Below, one piece after another: positions 13,670 through 28,230 of a stretch of 64,000 bases of DNA (position 1 is the stretch's first letter; the number at the start of each line of letters is the position of its first letter). The position numbers were made by a program, and so were the translations under genes. This stretch comes from Eledone cirrhosa (Eukaryota), in the NCBI GenBank assembly GCA_964016885.1, contig OZ024741.1, positions 261,082,001-261,146,000 on the forward strand, given 5' to 3'. The notes beneath the pieces are model-generated. The model saw nothing but the letters and a program-made list of their open reading frames with translations. It did no database searches and had not been told where the DNA came from.

Positions 13670-16600
13670 ACGAGTGTTTCGGTTTACGAGTGTTTCGACA
13701 TACGAGTGTTTTGACTTACGGGTGTTTCGACTTACGGGTGTTTCGACTTACGAGTGTTTCGGCTTACGAGAGTTTCGACTTACTAATGTTTTTACTTACG
13801 AGTGTTTCGGTGTACGAATGTTTTGACTTAAGGATGTTTCGACTTACGAGTGTTTTGACTTACGGTGTTTCGGCTTACGAGTGATTCGACTTACGAGTGT
13901 TTTGACTTACGGGTGTTTTGACTTACGGGTGTTGTGAATTACCAGTGTTCCGATTTACGAGTGTTTTGACTTACGGTGTTTCGGCTTGCGAGTGTTTCGA
14001 CTTACGAGTGTTTCGGCTTATGAGTGTTTCGACTTACTAATGTTTTTACTTACGAGTGTTTCGGCGTTCGAGTGTTTTGACTTACGAGTGTTTCGACTTA
14101 CGAGTGTTTTGACTTACGAATGTTTTGACTTACGGGTGCTTCGGCTTACGGGTGTTTCGACTTACGAGTGTTTCGACTTACGAGTGTTCTGACTTACGAG
14201 TGTTCTGACTTACGAGTGTTCTGACTTACGAGTGTTCCGACTTACGAGTGTTTCGGTTTACGAGTGTTTCGACATACGAGTGTTTTGACTTACGGGTGTT
14301 TCGACTTACGGGTGTTTCGACTTACGAGTGTTTCGGCTTACGAGAGTTTCGACTTACTAATGTTTTTACTTACGAGTGTTTCGGTGTACGAATGTTTTGA
14401 CTTAAGGGTGTTTCGACTTACGAGTGTTTCGACTTACGAGTGTTTCGGCTTACGTGAGTTTCGACTTAAGAGTGTTCTGATTTACGAGTGTTCTGACTTG
14501 CGGGTGTTCTGATTTACGAGTGTTCCGACTTACGAGTGTTTCGGCTTATGAGTGTTTCGACTTACGGGTGTTTCGGCTTACGATTGTTTCGACTTACGAG
14601 TGTTTCGGTTTACGAGTGTTTCGGCTTATGAGTGTTTCGACTTACGAGTGTTTCGGCTTACGAGTGTTTCGACTTATGGGTGTTTCGACTTACGAGTGTT
14701 TTTACTGACGGTGTTTCGGCTTACGAGTGTTTCGACATACGAGTGTTTTGACTTACGGGTGTTTCGGCTTACGAGTGTTTCGACTTACGAGTGTTTCGGC
14801 TTACGAGTGTTTCGACTTACTAATGTTTTTACTTACGAGTGTTTCGGCGTACGAGAGTTTTGACTTACGAGTGTTTCGACTTACGAGTGTTTTGACTTAC
14901 GAATGTTTTGACTTACGGGTGTTTCGGCTTATGAGTGTTTCGACTTACGAGTGTTTCGGCTTACGAGTGTTTCGACTTACTAATGTTTTTACTTACGAGT
15001 GTTTCGGCGTACGAGTGTTTCGACTTACGAGTGTTTCGACTTACGGGTGTTTTGACTTAAGGGTGTTTCGGCTTACGAGTGTTTCGACTTACGAGTGTTT
15101 TGACTTACGAGTGTTCTGATTTACGGATGTTTCGACATACGAGTGTTTCGACTTACGAGTGTTTCGACTTATGAGTGTTTCGACTTACGAGTGTTTCGGC
15201 TTACGAGTGTTTCGACTTACGAGTGTTTCGGTTTACGAGTGTTTCGACATACGAGTGTTTTGACTTACGGGTGTTTCGACTTACGGGTGTTTCGACTTAC
15301 GAGTGTTTCGGCTTACGAGAGTTTCGACTTACTAATGTTTTTACTTACGAGTGTTTCGGTGTACGAATGTTTTGACTTAAGGATGTTTCGACTTACGAGT
15401 GTTTTGACTTACGGTGTTTCGGCTTACGAGTGATTCGACTTACGAGTGTTTTGACTTACGGGTGTTTTGACTTACGGGTGTTGTGAATTACCAGTGTTCC
15501 GATTTACGAGTGTTTTGACTTACGGTGTTTCGGCTTGCGAGTGTTTCGACTTACGAGTGTTTCGGCTTATGAGTGTTTCGACTTACTAATGTTTTTACTT
15601 ACGAGTGTTTCGGCGTTCGAGTGTTTTGACTTACGAGTGTTTCGACTTACGAGTGTTTTGACTTACGAATGTTTTGACTTACGGGTGCTTCGGCTTACGG
15701 GTGTTTCGACTTACGAGTGTTTCGACTTACGAGTGTTCTGACTTACGAGTGTTCTGACTTACGAGTGTTCTGACTTACGAGTGTTCCGACTTACGAGTGT
15801 TTCGGTTTACGAGTGTTTCGACATACGAGTGTTTTGACTTACGAGTGTTTCGACTTACGGGTGTTTCGACTTACGAGTGTTTCGGCTTACGAGAGTTTCG
15901 ACTTACTAATGTTTTTACTTACGAGTGTTTCGGTGTACGAATGTTTTGACTTAAGGATGTTTCGACTTACGAGTGTTTCGACTTACGAGTGTTTCGGCTT
16001 ACGTGAGTTTCGACTTAAGAGTGTTCTGATTTACGAGTGTTCTGACTTGCGGGTGTTCTGATTTACGTGTGTTCCGACTTACGAGTGTTTCGGCTTATGA
16101 GTGTTTCGACTTACGGGTGTTTCGGCTTACGATTGTTTCGACTTACGAGTGTTTCGGTTTACGAGTGTTTCGGCTTATGAGTGTTTCGACTTACGAGTGT
16201 TTCGGCTTACGAGTGTTTCGACTTATGGGTGTTTCGACTTACGAGTGTTTTTACTTACGGTGTTTTGGCTTACGAGTGTTTCGACATACGAGTGTTTTGA
16301 CTTACGGGTGTTTCGGCTTACGAGTGTTTCGACTTACGAGTGTTTCGGCTTACGAGTGTTTCGACTTACTAATGTTTTTACTTACGAGTGTTTCGGCGTA
16401 CGAGAGTTTTGACTTACGAGTGTTTCGACTTACGAGTGTTTTGACTTACGAATGTTTTGACTTACGGGTGTTTCGGCTTATGAGTGTTTCGACTTACGAG
16501 TGTTTCGGCTTACGAGTGTTTCGACTTACTAATGTTTTTACTTACGAGTGTTTCGGCGTACGAGTGTTTCGACTTACGAGTGTTTCGACTTACGGGTGTT

Positions 16601-16747
16601 TTGACTTAAGGGTGTTTCGGCTTACGAGTGTTTCGACTTACGAGTGTTTTGACTTACGAGTATTCTGATTTACGGATGTTTCGACATACGAGTGTTTCGA
16701 CTTACGAGTGTTTCGACTTATGAGTGTTTCGACTTACGAGTGTTTCG
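13670..16747 (+). repeat. Tandem duplication, period 1549 bp (approximate bounds)
   Basis: ORF offsets 13986/15535, 14264/15813, 14520/16069, 14552/16101. Confidence 0.85.
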
Positions 16748-18572
16748 ACTTACGAGTGTTTTGACTTACGGGTGTTTTGACATACGAGTGTTTCGATACG
16801 AGTGTTCTGACTTACGAGTGTTCTGACTTACGAGTGTTTTGACTTACGAGTGTTCTGACTTACGAGTGTTCCGACTTACGAGTGTTTCGGCTTACGAGTG
16901 TTTCCGGCTTACGAGTGTTTCCGGCTTACGAGTGTTTCGACTTACGAGTCTTTCGGCTTACGAGTGTTTCGACTTACTAATGTTTTTACTTACGAGTGTT
17001 TCGGCGTACGAGTGTTTCGACTTCCGAGTGTTTCGACTTACGGGTGTTTTGACTTACGGGTGTTTCGGCTTACGAGTGTTTTGACTTACGAGTGTTTTGA
17101 CTTAAGGGTGTTTCGACTTACGAGTATTTTTGGCTTACGAGTGTTTCGACTTACGAGTGTTTTGACTTACGAGTGTTCTGATTTACGGACGTTTCGACAT
17201 ACGAGTGTTTCGACTTACGAGTGTTTCGACTTATGAGTGTTTCGACTTACGAGTGTTTCGACTTACGAGTGTTTCGGGTTATGATTGTTTCGACTTACGA
17301 GTGTTTTGACTTACGGTGTTTCAGCTTACGAGTGTTTCGACTTACGAGTGTTTTGACTTACGGGTGTTTTGACATACGAGTGTTTCGATACGAGTGTTCT
17401 GACTTACGAGTGTTCTGACTTACGAGTGTTTTGACTTACGAGTGTTCGGACTTACGAGAGTTCCGACTTACGAGTGTTCCGACTTACGAGTGTTTCGGCT
17501 TACGAGTGTTTCCGGCTTACGAGTGTTTCGACTTACGAGTGTTTTGACTTACGGTGTTTCGGCTTACGAGTGATTCGACTTACGAGTGTTTTGACTTACG
17601 GGTGTTTTGACTTACGGGTGTTGTGAATTACGAGTGTTCCGATTCACGAGTGTTTTGACTTACGGTGTTTCGGCTTACGAGTGATTCGACTTACGAATGT
17701 TTTGACTTGCGGGTGTTTCGGCTTGCTAGTGTTTCGACTTACGAGTGTTTCGGCTTATGAGTGTTTCGACTTACTACTGTTTTTACTTACGAGTGTTTCG
17801 GCGTACGAGTGTTTTGACTTACGAGTGTTTCGAATTACGAGTGTTTTGACTTACGAATGTTTTGACTTACGGGTGTTTCGGCTTACGAGTGTTTCGACTT
17901 ACGAGTGTTTCGACTTACTAATGTTTTTACTTACGAGTTTTTCGGCGTACGAGTGTTTCGACTTACGAGTGTTTCGGCTTACGGGTGTTTTGACTTAAGG
18001 GTGTTTCGACTTACAAGTGTTTCGACTTACGAGTGTTTCGACTTACCAGTGTTCTGACTTACGAGTGTTCTGATTTACGGATGTTTCGACATACGAGTGT
18101 TTCGACTTATGAGTGTTTCGACTTACGAGTGTTTTGACTTACGGGTGTTTTGACATACGAGTGTTTCGATACGAGTGTTTCGACTTACGAGTGTTCTGAC
18201 TTACGAGTGTTCTGACTTACGAGTGTTCTGATTTACGAGTGTTCTGATTTACGAGTGTTCCGACTTACGAGTGTTTCGGCTTACGAGTGTTTCGGCTTAC
18301 GAGTGTTTCGACTTACGAGTGTTTCGACTTACGAGTGTTCCGACTTACGGGTGTTTCGACTTACGAGTGGTTTGGCTTACGGTGTTTCGGCTTACGAGTG
18401 TTTCGAGTTACGAGTGTTTTGACTTACGCGTGTTTTGACATACGAGTGTTTCGATACGAGTGTTCTGACTTACGAGTGTTCTGACTTACGAGTGTTCTGA
18501 CTTACGAGTGTTCCGACTTTACGAGTGTTTCGGCTCACGAGTGTTTCGGCTTACGAGTGTTTCGACTTACGA

Positions 18573-18641
18573 AAATAACAAATAGACGCGGTTTCAAATC
18601 TCTATGATTTTCAAATTCATTACATTAATCTTTATTTATAC
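18573..18641. repeat. 69-bp spacer, copy 4 (haplotype A)
   Basis: Same sequence as copy 1. Confidence 0.95.
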
Positions 18642-20529
18642 GTTTCGCTTTACGAGTGTTTCGACTTACGAGTGTTTCGACATACGAGTGTTTCGACTTC
18701 CGAATGTTTTTGCTTACGGGTGTTTCGACTTACGAATGTTTCGGATACGAGTGTTTCGGCTTACGAGTGTTCCGACTTAGGAGTGTTTCGGCTTACGAGT
18801 GTTTCCGGCTTACGAGTGTTTCGACTTACGAGTGTTTCGACTTTCGAGTGTTTTGACTTACGGTGTTTCGGCTTACGAGTGATTCGACTTACGAGTGTTT
18901 TGACTTACGGGTGTTCCGACTTACGAGTGTTTCGGTTTACGAGTGTTTCGACATACGAGTGTTTTGACTTACGGGTGTTTCGACTTACGGGTGTTTCGAC
19001 TTACGAGTGTTTCGGCTTACGAGAGTTTCGACTTACTAATGTTTTTACTTACGAGTGTTTCGGTGTACGAATGTTTTGACTTAAGGATGTTTCGACTTAC
19101 GAGTGTTTTGACTTACGGTGTTTCGGCTTACGAGTGATTCGACTTACGAGTGTTTTGACTTACGGGTGTTTTGACTTACGGGTGTTGTGAATTACCAGTG
19201 TTCCGATTTACGAGTGTTTTGACTTACGGTGTTTCGGCTTGCGAGTGTCTCGACTTACGAGTGTTTCGGCTTATGAGTGTTTCGACTTACTAATGTTTTT
19301 ACGAGTGTTTCGGCGTTCGAGTGTTTTGACTTACGAGTGTTTCGACTTACGAGTGTTTTGACTTACGAGTGTTCTGACTTACGAGTGTTCTGACTTACGA
19401 GTGTTCCGACTTACGAGTGTTTCGGTTTACGAGTGTTTCGACATACGAGTGTTTTGACTTACGGGTGTTTCGACTTACGGGTGTTTCGACTTACGAGTGT
19501 TTCGTCTTACGAGAGTTTCGACTTACTAATGTTTTTACTTACGAGTGTTTCGGTGTACGAATGTTTTGACTTAAGGATGTTTCGACTTACGAGTGTTTCG
19601 ACTTACGAGTGTTTCGGCTTACGTGAGTTTCGACTTAAGAGTGTTCTGATTTACGAGTGTTCTGACTTGCGGGTGTTCTGATTTACGAGTGTTCCGACTT
19701 ACGAGTGTTTCGGCTTATGAGTGTTTCGACTTACGGGTGTTTCGGCTTACGATTGTTTCGACTTACGAGTGTTTCGGTTTACGAGTGTTTCGGCTTATGA
19801 GTGTTTCGACTTACGAGTGTTTCGGCTTACGAGTGTTTCGACTTATGGGTGTTTCGACTTACGAGTGTTTTTACTTACGGTGTTTCGGCTTACGAGTGTT
19901 TCGACATACGAGTGTTTTGACTTACGGGTGTTTCGGCTTACGAGTGTTTCGACTTACGAGTGTTTCGGCTTACCAGTGTTTCGACTTAATAATGTTTTTA
20001 CTTACGAGTGTTTCGGCGTACGAGAGTTTTGACTTACGAGTGTTTCGACTTACGAGTGTTTTGACTTACGAATGTTTTGACTTACGGGTGTTTCGGCTTA
20101 TGAGTGTTTCGACTTACGAGTGTTTCGGCTTACGAGTGTTTCGACTTATTAATGTTTTTACTTACGAGTGTTTCGGCGTACGAGTGTTTCGACTTACGAG
20201 TGTTTCGACTTACGGGTGTTTTGACTTAAGGGTGTTTCGGCTTACGAGTGTTTCGACTTACGAGTGTTTTGACTTACGAGTGTTCTGATTTACGGATGTT
20301 TCGACATACGAGTGTTTCGACTTACGAGTGTTTCGACTTATGAGTGTTTCGACTTACGAGTGTTGCGGCTTACGAGTGTTTCGACTTACGAGTGTTTTGA
20401 CTTACGGTGTTTCGGCTTACGAGTGTTTCGACTTACGAGTGTTTTGACTTACGGGTGTTTTGACATACGAGTGTTTCGATACGAGTGTTCTGACTTACGA
20501 GTGTTCTGACTTACGAGTGTTTTGACTTA

Positions 20530-23165
20530 CGAGTGTTCTGACTTACGAGTGTTCCGACTTACGAGTGTTCCGACTTACGAGTGTTTCGGCTTACGAGTGT
20601 TTCCGGCTTACGAGTGTTTCGACTTACGAGTGTTTTGACTTACGGTGTTTCGGCTTACGAGTGATTCGACTTACGAGTGTTTTGACTTACGGGTGATTTG
20701 ACTTACGGGTGTTGTGAATTACGAGCGTTCCGATTTACGAGTGTTTTGACTTACGGTGTTTCGGCTTACGAGTGATTCGACTTACGAATGTTTTGACTTA
20801 CGGGTGTTTCGGCTTGCGAGTGTTTCGACTTACGAGTGTTTCGGCTTATGGGTGTTTCGACTTACTAATGTTTTTACTTACGACTGTTTCGGCGTACGAG
20901 TGTTTTGACTTACGAGTGTTTCGACTTACGAGTGTTTCGACTTACGAGTGTTTCGGCTTACGTGAGTTTCGATTTAAGAGTGTTCTGATTTACGAGTGTT
21001 CTGACTTGCGGGTGTTCTGATTTACGAGTGTTCCGACTTACGAGTATTTCGGCTTATTAGTGTTTCGACTTACGAGTGTTTCGGCTTACGAGTGTTTCGA
21101 CTTATGGGTGTTTCGACTTACGAGTGTTTTTACTTACGGTGTTTCGGCTTACGAGTGTTTCGACATACGAGTGTTTTGACTTACGGGTGTTTCGACTTAC
21201 GAGTGTTTTGACTTACGAATGTTTTGACTTACGGGTGTTTCGGCTTACGAGTGTTTCGACTTACGAGTGTTTCGGCTTACGAGTGTTTCGACTTACTAAT
21301 GTTCTTACGAGTGTTTCGGCGTACGAGAGTTTTGACTTACGAGTGTTTCGACTTACGAGTGTTTCGACTTACGAGTGTTTTGACTTACGAATGTTTTGAC
21401 TTACGGGTGTTTCGGCTTACGAGTGTTTCGACTTACGAGTCTTTCGGCTTACGAGTGTTTCGACTTACTAATGTTTTTACCTACGAGTGTTTCGGCGTAC
21501 GAGTGTTTCGACTTACGAGTGTTTCGACTAACGGGTGTTTTGACTTACGGGTGTTTCGGCTTACGAGTGTTTTGACTTACGAGTGTTTTGACTTAAGGGT
21601 GTTTCGACTTACGAGTATTTTTGGCTTACGAGTGTTTCGACTTACGAGTGTTTTGACTTACGAGTGTTCTGATTTACGGATGTTTCGACATACGAGTGTT
21701 TCGACTTACGAGTATTTCGGCTTATGAGTGTTTCGACTTACGACTGTTTCGACTTACGAGTGTTTCGGCTTACGAGTGTTTCGACTTACGAGTGTTTTGA
21801 CTTACGGGTGTTTTGACATACGAGTGTTTCGATACGAGTGTTCTGACTTACGAGTGTTCTGACTTACGAGTGTTCCGACTTACGAGTGTTCCGACTTACG
21901 AGTGTTTCGGCTTACGAGTGTTTCCGGCTTACGAGTGTTTCGACTTACGAGTGTTTTGACTTACGGTGTTTCGGCTTACGAGTGATTCGACTTACGAGTG
22001 TTTTGACTTACGGGTGATTTGACTTACGGGTGTTGTGAATTACGAGTGTTCCGATTTACGAGTGTTTTGACTTACGGTGTTTCGGCTTACGAGTGATTCG
22101 ACTTACGAATGTTTTGACTTACGGGTGTTTCGGCTTGCGAGTGTTTCGACTTACGAGTGTTTCGGCTTATGGGTGTTTCGACTTACTAATGTTTTTACTT
22201 ACGACTGTTTCGGCGTACGAGTGTTTTGACTTACGAGTGTTTCGACTTACGAGTGTTTCGACTTACGAGTGTTTCGGCTTACGTGAGTTTCGATTTAAGA
22301 GTGTTCTGATTTACGAGTGTTCTGACTTGCGGGTGTTCTGATTTACGAGTGTTCCGACTTACGAGTATTTCGGCTTATTAGTGTTTCGACTTACGAGTGT
22401 TTCGGCTTACGAGTGTTTCGACTTATGGGTGTTTCGACTTACGAGTGTTTTTACTTACGGTGTTTCGGCTTACGAGTGTTTCGACATACGAGTGTTTTGA
22501 CTTACGGGTGTTTCGACTTACGAGTGTTTTGACTTACGAATGTTTTGACTTACGGGTGTTTCGGCTTACGAGTGTTTCGACTTACGAGTGTTTCGGCTTA
22601 CGAGTGTTTCGACTTACTAATGTTCTTACGAGTGTTTCGGCGTACGAGAGTTTTGACTTACGAGTGTTTCGACTTACGAGTGTTTCGACTTACGAGTGTT
22701 TTGACTTACGAATGTTTTGACTTACGGGTGTTTCGGCTTACGAGTGTTTCGACTTACGAGTCTTTCGGCTTACGAGTGTTTCGACTTACTAATGTTTTTA
22801 CCTACGAGTGTTTCGGCGTACGAGTGTTTCGACTTACGAGTGTTTCGACTAACGGGTGTTTTGACTTACGGGTGTTTCGGCTTACGAGTGTTTTGACTTA
22901 CGAGTGTTTTGACTTAAGGGTGTTTCGACTTACGAGTATTTTTGGCTTACGAGTGTTTCGACTTACGAGTGTTTTGACTTACGAGTGTTCTGATTTACGG
23001 ATGTTTCGACATACGAGTGTTTCGACTTACGAGTATTTCGGCTTATGAGTGTTTCGACTTACGACTGTTTCGACTTACGAGTGTTTCGGCTTACGAGTGT
23101 TTCGACTTACGAGTGTTTTGACTTACGGGTGTTTTGACATACGAGTGTTTCGATACGAGTGTTCT
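20530..23165 (+). repeat. Tandem duplication, period 1321 bp (approximate bounds)
   Basis: ORF offsets 20772/22093, 21076/22397, 21224/22545. Confidence 0.85.
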
Positions 23166-24337
23166 GACTTACGAGTGTTTTGACTTACGAGTGTTTTGAC
23201 TTACGAGTGTTCGGACTTACGAGAGTTCCGACTTACGAGTGTTCCGACTTACGAGTGTTTCGGCTTACGAGTGTTTCCGGCTTACGAGTGTTTCGACTTA
23301 CGAGTGTTTTGACTTACGGTGTTTCGGCTTACGAGTGATTCGACTTACGAGTGTTTTGACTTACGGGTGTTTTGACTTACGGGTGTTGTGAATTACGAGT
23401 GTTCCGATTCACGAGTGTTTTGACTTACGGTGTTTCGGCTTACGAGTGATTCGACTTACGAATGTTTTGACTTGCGGGTGTTTCGGCTTGCTAGTGTTTC
23501 GACTTACGAGTGTTTCGGCTTATGAGTGTTTCGACTTACTACTGTTTTTACTTACGAGTGTTTCGGCGTACGAGTGTTTTGACTTACGAGTGTTTCGAAT
23601 TACGAGTGTTTTGACTTACGAATGTTTTGACTTACGGGTGTTTCGGCTTACGAGTGTTTCGACTTACGAGTGTTTCGACTTACTAATGTTTTTACTTACG
23701 AGTTTTTCGGCGTACGAGTGTTTCGACTTACGAGTGTTTCGGCTTACGGGTGTTTTGACTTAAGGGTGTTTCGACTTACAAGTGTTTCGACTTACGAGTG
23801 TTTCGACTTACCAGTGTTCTGACTTACGAGTGTTCTGATTTACGGATGTTTCGACATACGAGTGTTTCGACTTACGAGTGTTTCGACTTACGAGTGTTTT
23901 GACTTACGGGTGTTTTGACATACGAGTGTTTCGATACGAGTGTTTCGACTTACGAGTGTTCTGACTTACGAGTGTTCTGACTTACGAGTGTTCTGATTTA
24001 CGAGTGTTCTGATTTACGAGTGTTCCGACTTACGAGTGTTTCGGCTTACGAGTGTTTCGGCTTACGAGTGTTTCGACTTACGAGTGTTTCGACTTACGAG
24101 TGTTCCGACTTACGGGTGTTTCGACTTACGAGTGGTTTGGCTTACGGTGTTTCGGCTTACGAGTGTTTCGAGTTACGAGTGTTTTGACTTACGCGTGTTT
24201 TGACATACGAGTGTTTCGATACGAGTGTTCTGACTTACGAGTGTTCTGACTTACGAGTGTTCTGACTTACGAGTGTTCCGACTTTACGAGTGTTTCGGCT
24301 CACGAGTGTTTCGGCTTACGAGTGTTTCGACTTACGA

Positions 24338-24402
24338 AAATAACAAATAGACGCGGTTTCAAATCTCTATGATTTTCAAATTCATTACATTAATCTTTAT
24401 AC
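24338..24402. repeat. Spacer copy 5 (haplotype A with a 4-bp TTTA deletion, 65 bp)
   Basis: Reads ...AATCTTTATACG instead of ...AATCTTTATTTATACG. Confidence 0.93.
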
Positions 24403-27400
24403 GTTTCGCTTTACGAGTGTTTCGACTTACGAGTGTTTCGACATACGAGTGTTTCGACTTCCGAATGTTTTTGCTTACGGGTGTTTCGACTTACGAATGT
24501 TTCGGATACGAGTGTTTCGGCTTACGAGTGTTCCGACTTAGGAGTGTTTCGGCTTACGAGTGTTTCCGGCTTACGAGTGTTTCGACTTACGAGTGTTTCG
24601 ACTTTCGAGTGTTTTGACTTACGGTGTTTCGGCTTACGAGTGATTCGACTTACGAGTGTTTTGACTTACGGGTGTTCCGACTTACGCGTGTTTCGGTTTA
24701 CGAGTGTTTCGACATACGAGTGTTTTGACTTACGGGTGTTTCGACTGACGGGTGTTTCGACTTACGAGTGTTTCGGCTTACGAGAGTTTCGACTTACTAA
24801 TGTTTTTACTTACGAGTGTTTCGGTGTACGAATGTTTTGACTTAAGGATGTTTCGACTTACGAGTGTTTTGACTTACGGTGTTTCGGCTTACGAGTGATT
24901 CGACTTACGAGTGTTTTGACTTACGGGTGTTTTGACTTACGGGTGTTGTGAATTACCAGTGTTCCGATTTACGAGTGTTTTGACTTACGGTGTTTCGGCT
25001 TGCGAGTGTCTCGACTTACGAGTGTTTCGGCTTATGAGTGTTTCGACTTACTAATGTTTTTACTTACGAGTGTTTCGGCGTTCGAGTGTTTTGACTTACG
25101 AGTGTTTCGACTTACGAGTGTTTTGACTTACGAGTGTTCTGACTTACGAGTGTTCTGACTTACGAGTGTTCCGACTTACGAGTGTTTCGGTTTACGAGTG
25201 TTTCGACATACGAGTGTTTTGACTTACGGGTGTTTCGACTTACGGGTGTTTCGACTTACGAGTGTTTCGTCTTACGAGAGTTTCGACTTACTAATGTTTT
25301 TACTTACGAGTGTTTCGGTGTACGAATGTTTTGACTTAAGGATGTTTCGACTTACGAGTGTTTCGACTTACGAGTGTTTCGGCTTACGTGAGTTTCGACT
25401 TAAGAGTGTTCTGATTTACGAGTGTTCTGACTTGCGGGTGTTCTGATTTACGAGTGTTCCGACTTACGAGTGTTTCGGCTTATGAGTGTTTCGACTTACG
25501 GGTGTTTCGGCTTACGATTGTTTCGACTTACGAGTGTTTCGGTTTACGAGTGTTTCGGCTTATGAGTGTTTCGACTTACGAGTGTTTCGGCTTACGAGTG
25601 TTTCGACTTATGGGTGTTTCGACTTACGAGTGTTTTTACTTACGGTGTTTCGGCTTACGAGTGTTTCGACATACGAGTGTTTTGACTTACGGGTGTTTCG
25701 GCTTACGAGTGTTTCGACTTACGAGTGTTTCGGCTTACGAGTGTTTCGACTTAATAATGTTTTTACTTACGAGTGTTTCGGCGTACGAGAGTTTTGACTT
25801 ACGAGTGTTTCGACTTACGAGTGTTTTGACTTACGAATGTTTTGACTTACGGGTGTTTCGGCTTATGAGTGTTTCGACTTACGAGTGTTTCGGCTTACGA
25901 GTGTTTCGACTTATTAATGTTTTTACTTACGAGTGTTTCGGCGTACGAGTGTTTCGACTTACGAGTGTTTCGACTTACGGGTGTTTTGACTTAAGGGTGT
26001 TTCGGCTTACGAGTGTTTCGACTTACGAGTGTTTTGACTTACGAGTGTTCTGATTTACGGATGTTTCGACATACGAGTGTTTCGACTTACGAGTGTTTCG
26101 ACTTATGAGTGTTTCGACTTACGAGTGTTGCGGCTTACGAGTGTTTCGACTTACGAGTGTTTTGACTTACGGTGTTTCGGCTTACGAGTGTTTCGACTTA
26201 CGAGTGTTTTGACTTACGGGTGTTTTGACATACGAGTGTTTCGATACGAGTGTTCTGACTTACGAGTGTTCTGACTTACGAGTGTTTTGACTTACGAGTG
26301 TTCTGACTTACGAGTGTTCCGACTTACGAGTGTTCCGACTTACGAGTGTTTCGGCTTACGAGTGTTTCCGGCTTACGAGTGTTTCGACTTACGAGTGTTT
26401 TGACTTACGGTGTTTCGGCTTACGAGTGATTCGACTTACGAGTGTTTTGACTTACGGGTGATTTGACTTACGGGTGTTGTGAATTACGAGTGTTCCGATT
26501 TACGAGTGTTTTGACTTACGGTGTTTCGGCTTACGAGTGATTCGACTTACGAATGTTTTGACTTACGGGTGTTTCGGCTTGCGAGTGTTTCGACTTACGA
26601 GTGTTTCGGCTTATGGGTGTTTCGACTTACTAATGTTTTTACTTACGACTGTTTCGGCGTACGAGTGTTTTGACTTACGAGTGTTTCGACTTACGAGTGT
26701 TTCGACTTACGAGTGTTTCGGCTTACGTGAGTTTCGATTTAAGAGTGTTCTGATTTACGAGTGTTCTGACTTGCGGGTGTTCTGATTTACGAGTGTTCCG
26801 ACTTACGAGTATTTCGGCTTATTAGTGTTTCGACTTACGAGTGTTTCGGCTTACGAGTGTTTCGACTTATGGGTGTTTCGACTTACGAGTGTTTTTACTT
26901 ACGAGTGTTTCGGCTTACGAGTGTTTCGACTTACGAGTGTTTTGACTTACGGGTGTTTTGACATACGAGTGTTTCGATACGAGTGTTCTGACTTACGAGT
27001 GTTTTGACTTACAAGTGTTTTGACTTACGAGTGTTCGGACTTACGAGAGTTCCGACTTACGAGTGTTCCGACTTACGAGTGTTTCGGCTTACGAGTGTTT
27101 CCGGCTTACGAGTGTTTCGACTTACGAGTGTTTTGACTTACGGTGTTTCGGCTTACGAGTGATTCGACTTACGAGTGTTTTGACTTACGGGTGTTTTGAC
27201 TTACGGGTGTTGTGAATTACGAGTGTTCCGATTCACGAGTGTTTTGACTTACGGTGTTTCGGCTTACGAGTGATTCGACTTACGAATGTTTTGACTTGCG
27301 GGTGTTTCGGCTTGCTAGTGTTTCGACTTACGAGTGTTTCGGCTTATGAGTGTTTCGACTTACTACTGTTTTTACTTACGAGTGTTTCGGCGTACGAGTG

Positions 27401-28161
27401 TTTTGACTTACGAGTGTTTCGAATTACGAGTGTTTTGACTTACGAATGTTTTGACTTACGGGTGTTTCGGCTTACGAGTGTTTCGACTTACGAGTGTTTC
27501 GACTTACTAATGTTTTTACTTACGAGTTTTTCGGCGTACGAGTGTTTCGACTTACGAGTGTTTCGGCTTACGGGTGTTTTGACTTAAGGGTGTTTCGACT
27601 TACAAGTGTTTCGACTTACGAGTGTTTCGACTTACCAGTGTTCTGACTTACGAGTGTTCTGATTTACGGATGTTTCGACATACGAGTGTTTCGACTTACG
27701 AGTGTTTCGACTTACGAGTGTTTTGACTTACGGGTGTTTTGACATACGAGTGTTTCGATACGAGTGTTTCGACTTACGAGTGTTCTGACTTACGAGTGTT
27801 CTGACTTACGAGTGTTCTGATTTACGAGTGTTCTGATTTACGAGTGTTCCGACTTACGAGTGTTTCGGCTTACGAGTGTTTCGGCTTACGAGTGTTTCGA
27901 CTTACGAGTGTTTCGACTTACGAGTGTTCCGACTTACGGGTGTTTCGACTTACGAGTGGTTTGGCTTACGGTGTTTCGGCTTACGAGTGTTTCGAGTTAC
28001 GAGTGTTTTGACTTACGCGTGTTTTGACATACGAGTGTTTCGATACGAGTGTTCTGACTTACGAGTGTTCTGACTTACGAGTGTTCTGACTTACGAGTGT
28101 TCCGACTTTACGAGTGTTTCGGCTCACGAGTGTTTCGGCTTACGAGTGTTTCGACTTACGA

Positions 28162-28230
28162 AAATAACAAATAGACGCGGTTTCAAATCTCTATGATTTT
28201 CAAATTCATTACATTAATCTTTATTTATAC
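28162..28230. repeat. 69-bp spacer, copy 6 (haplotype A)
   Basis: Same sequence as copy 1. Confidence 0.95.
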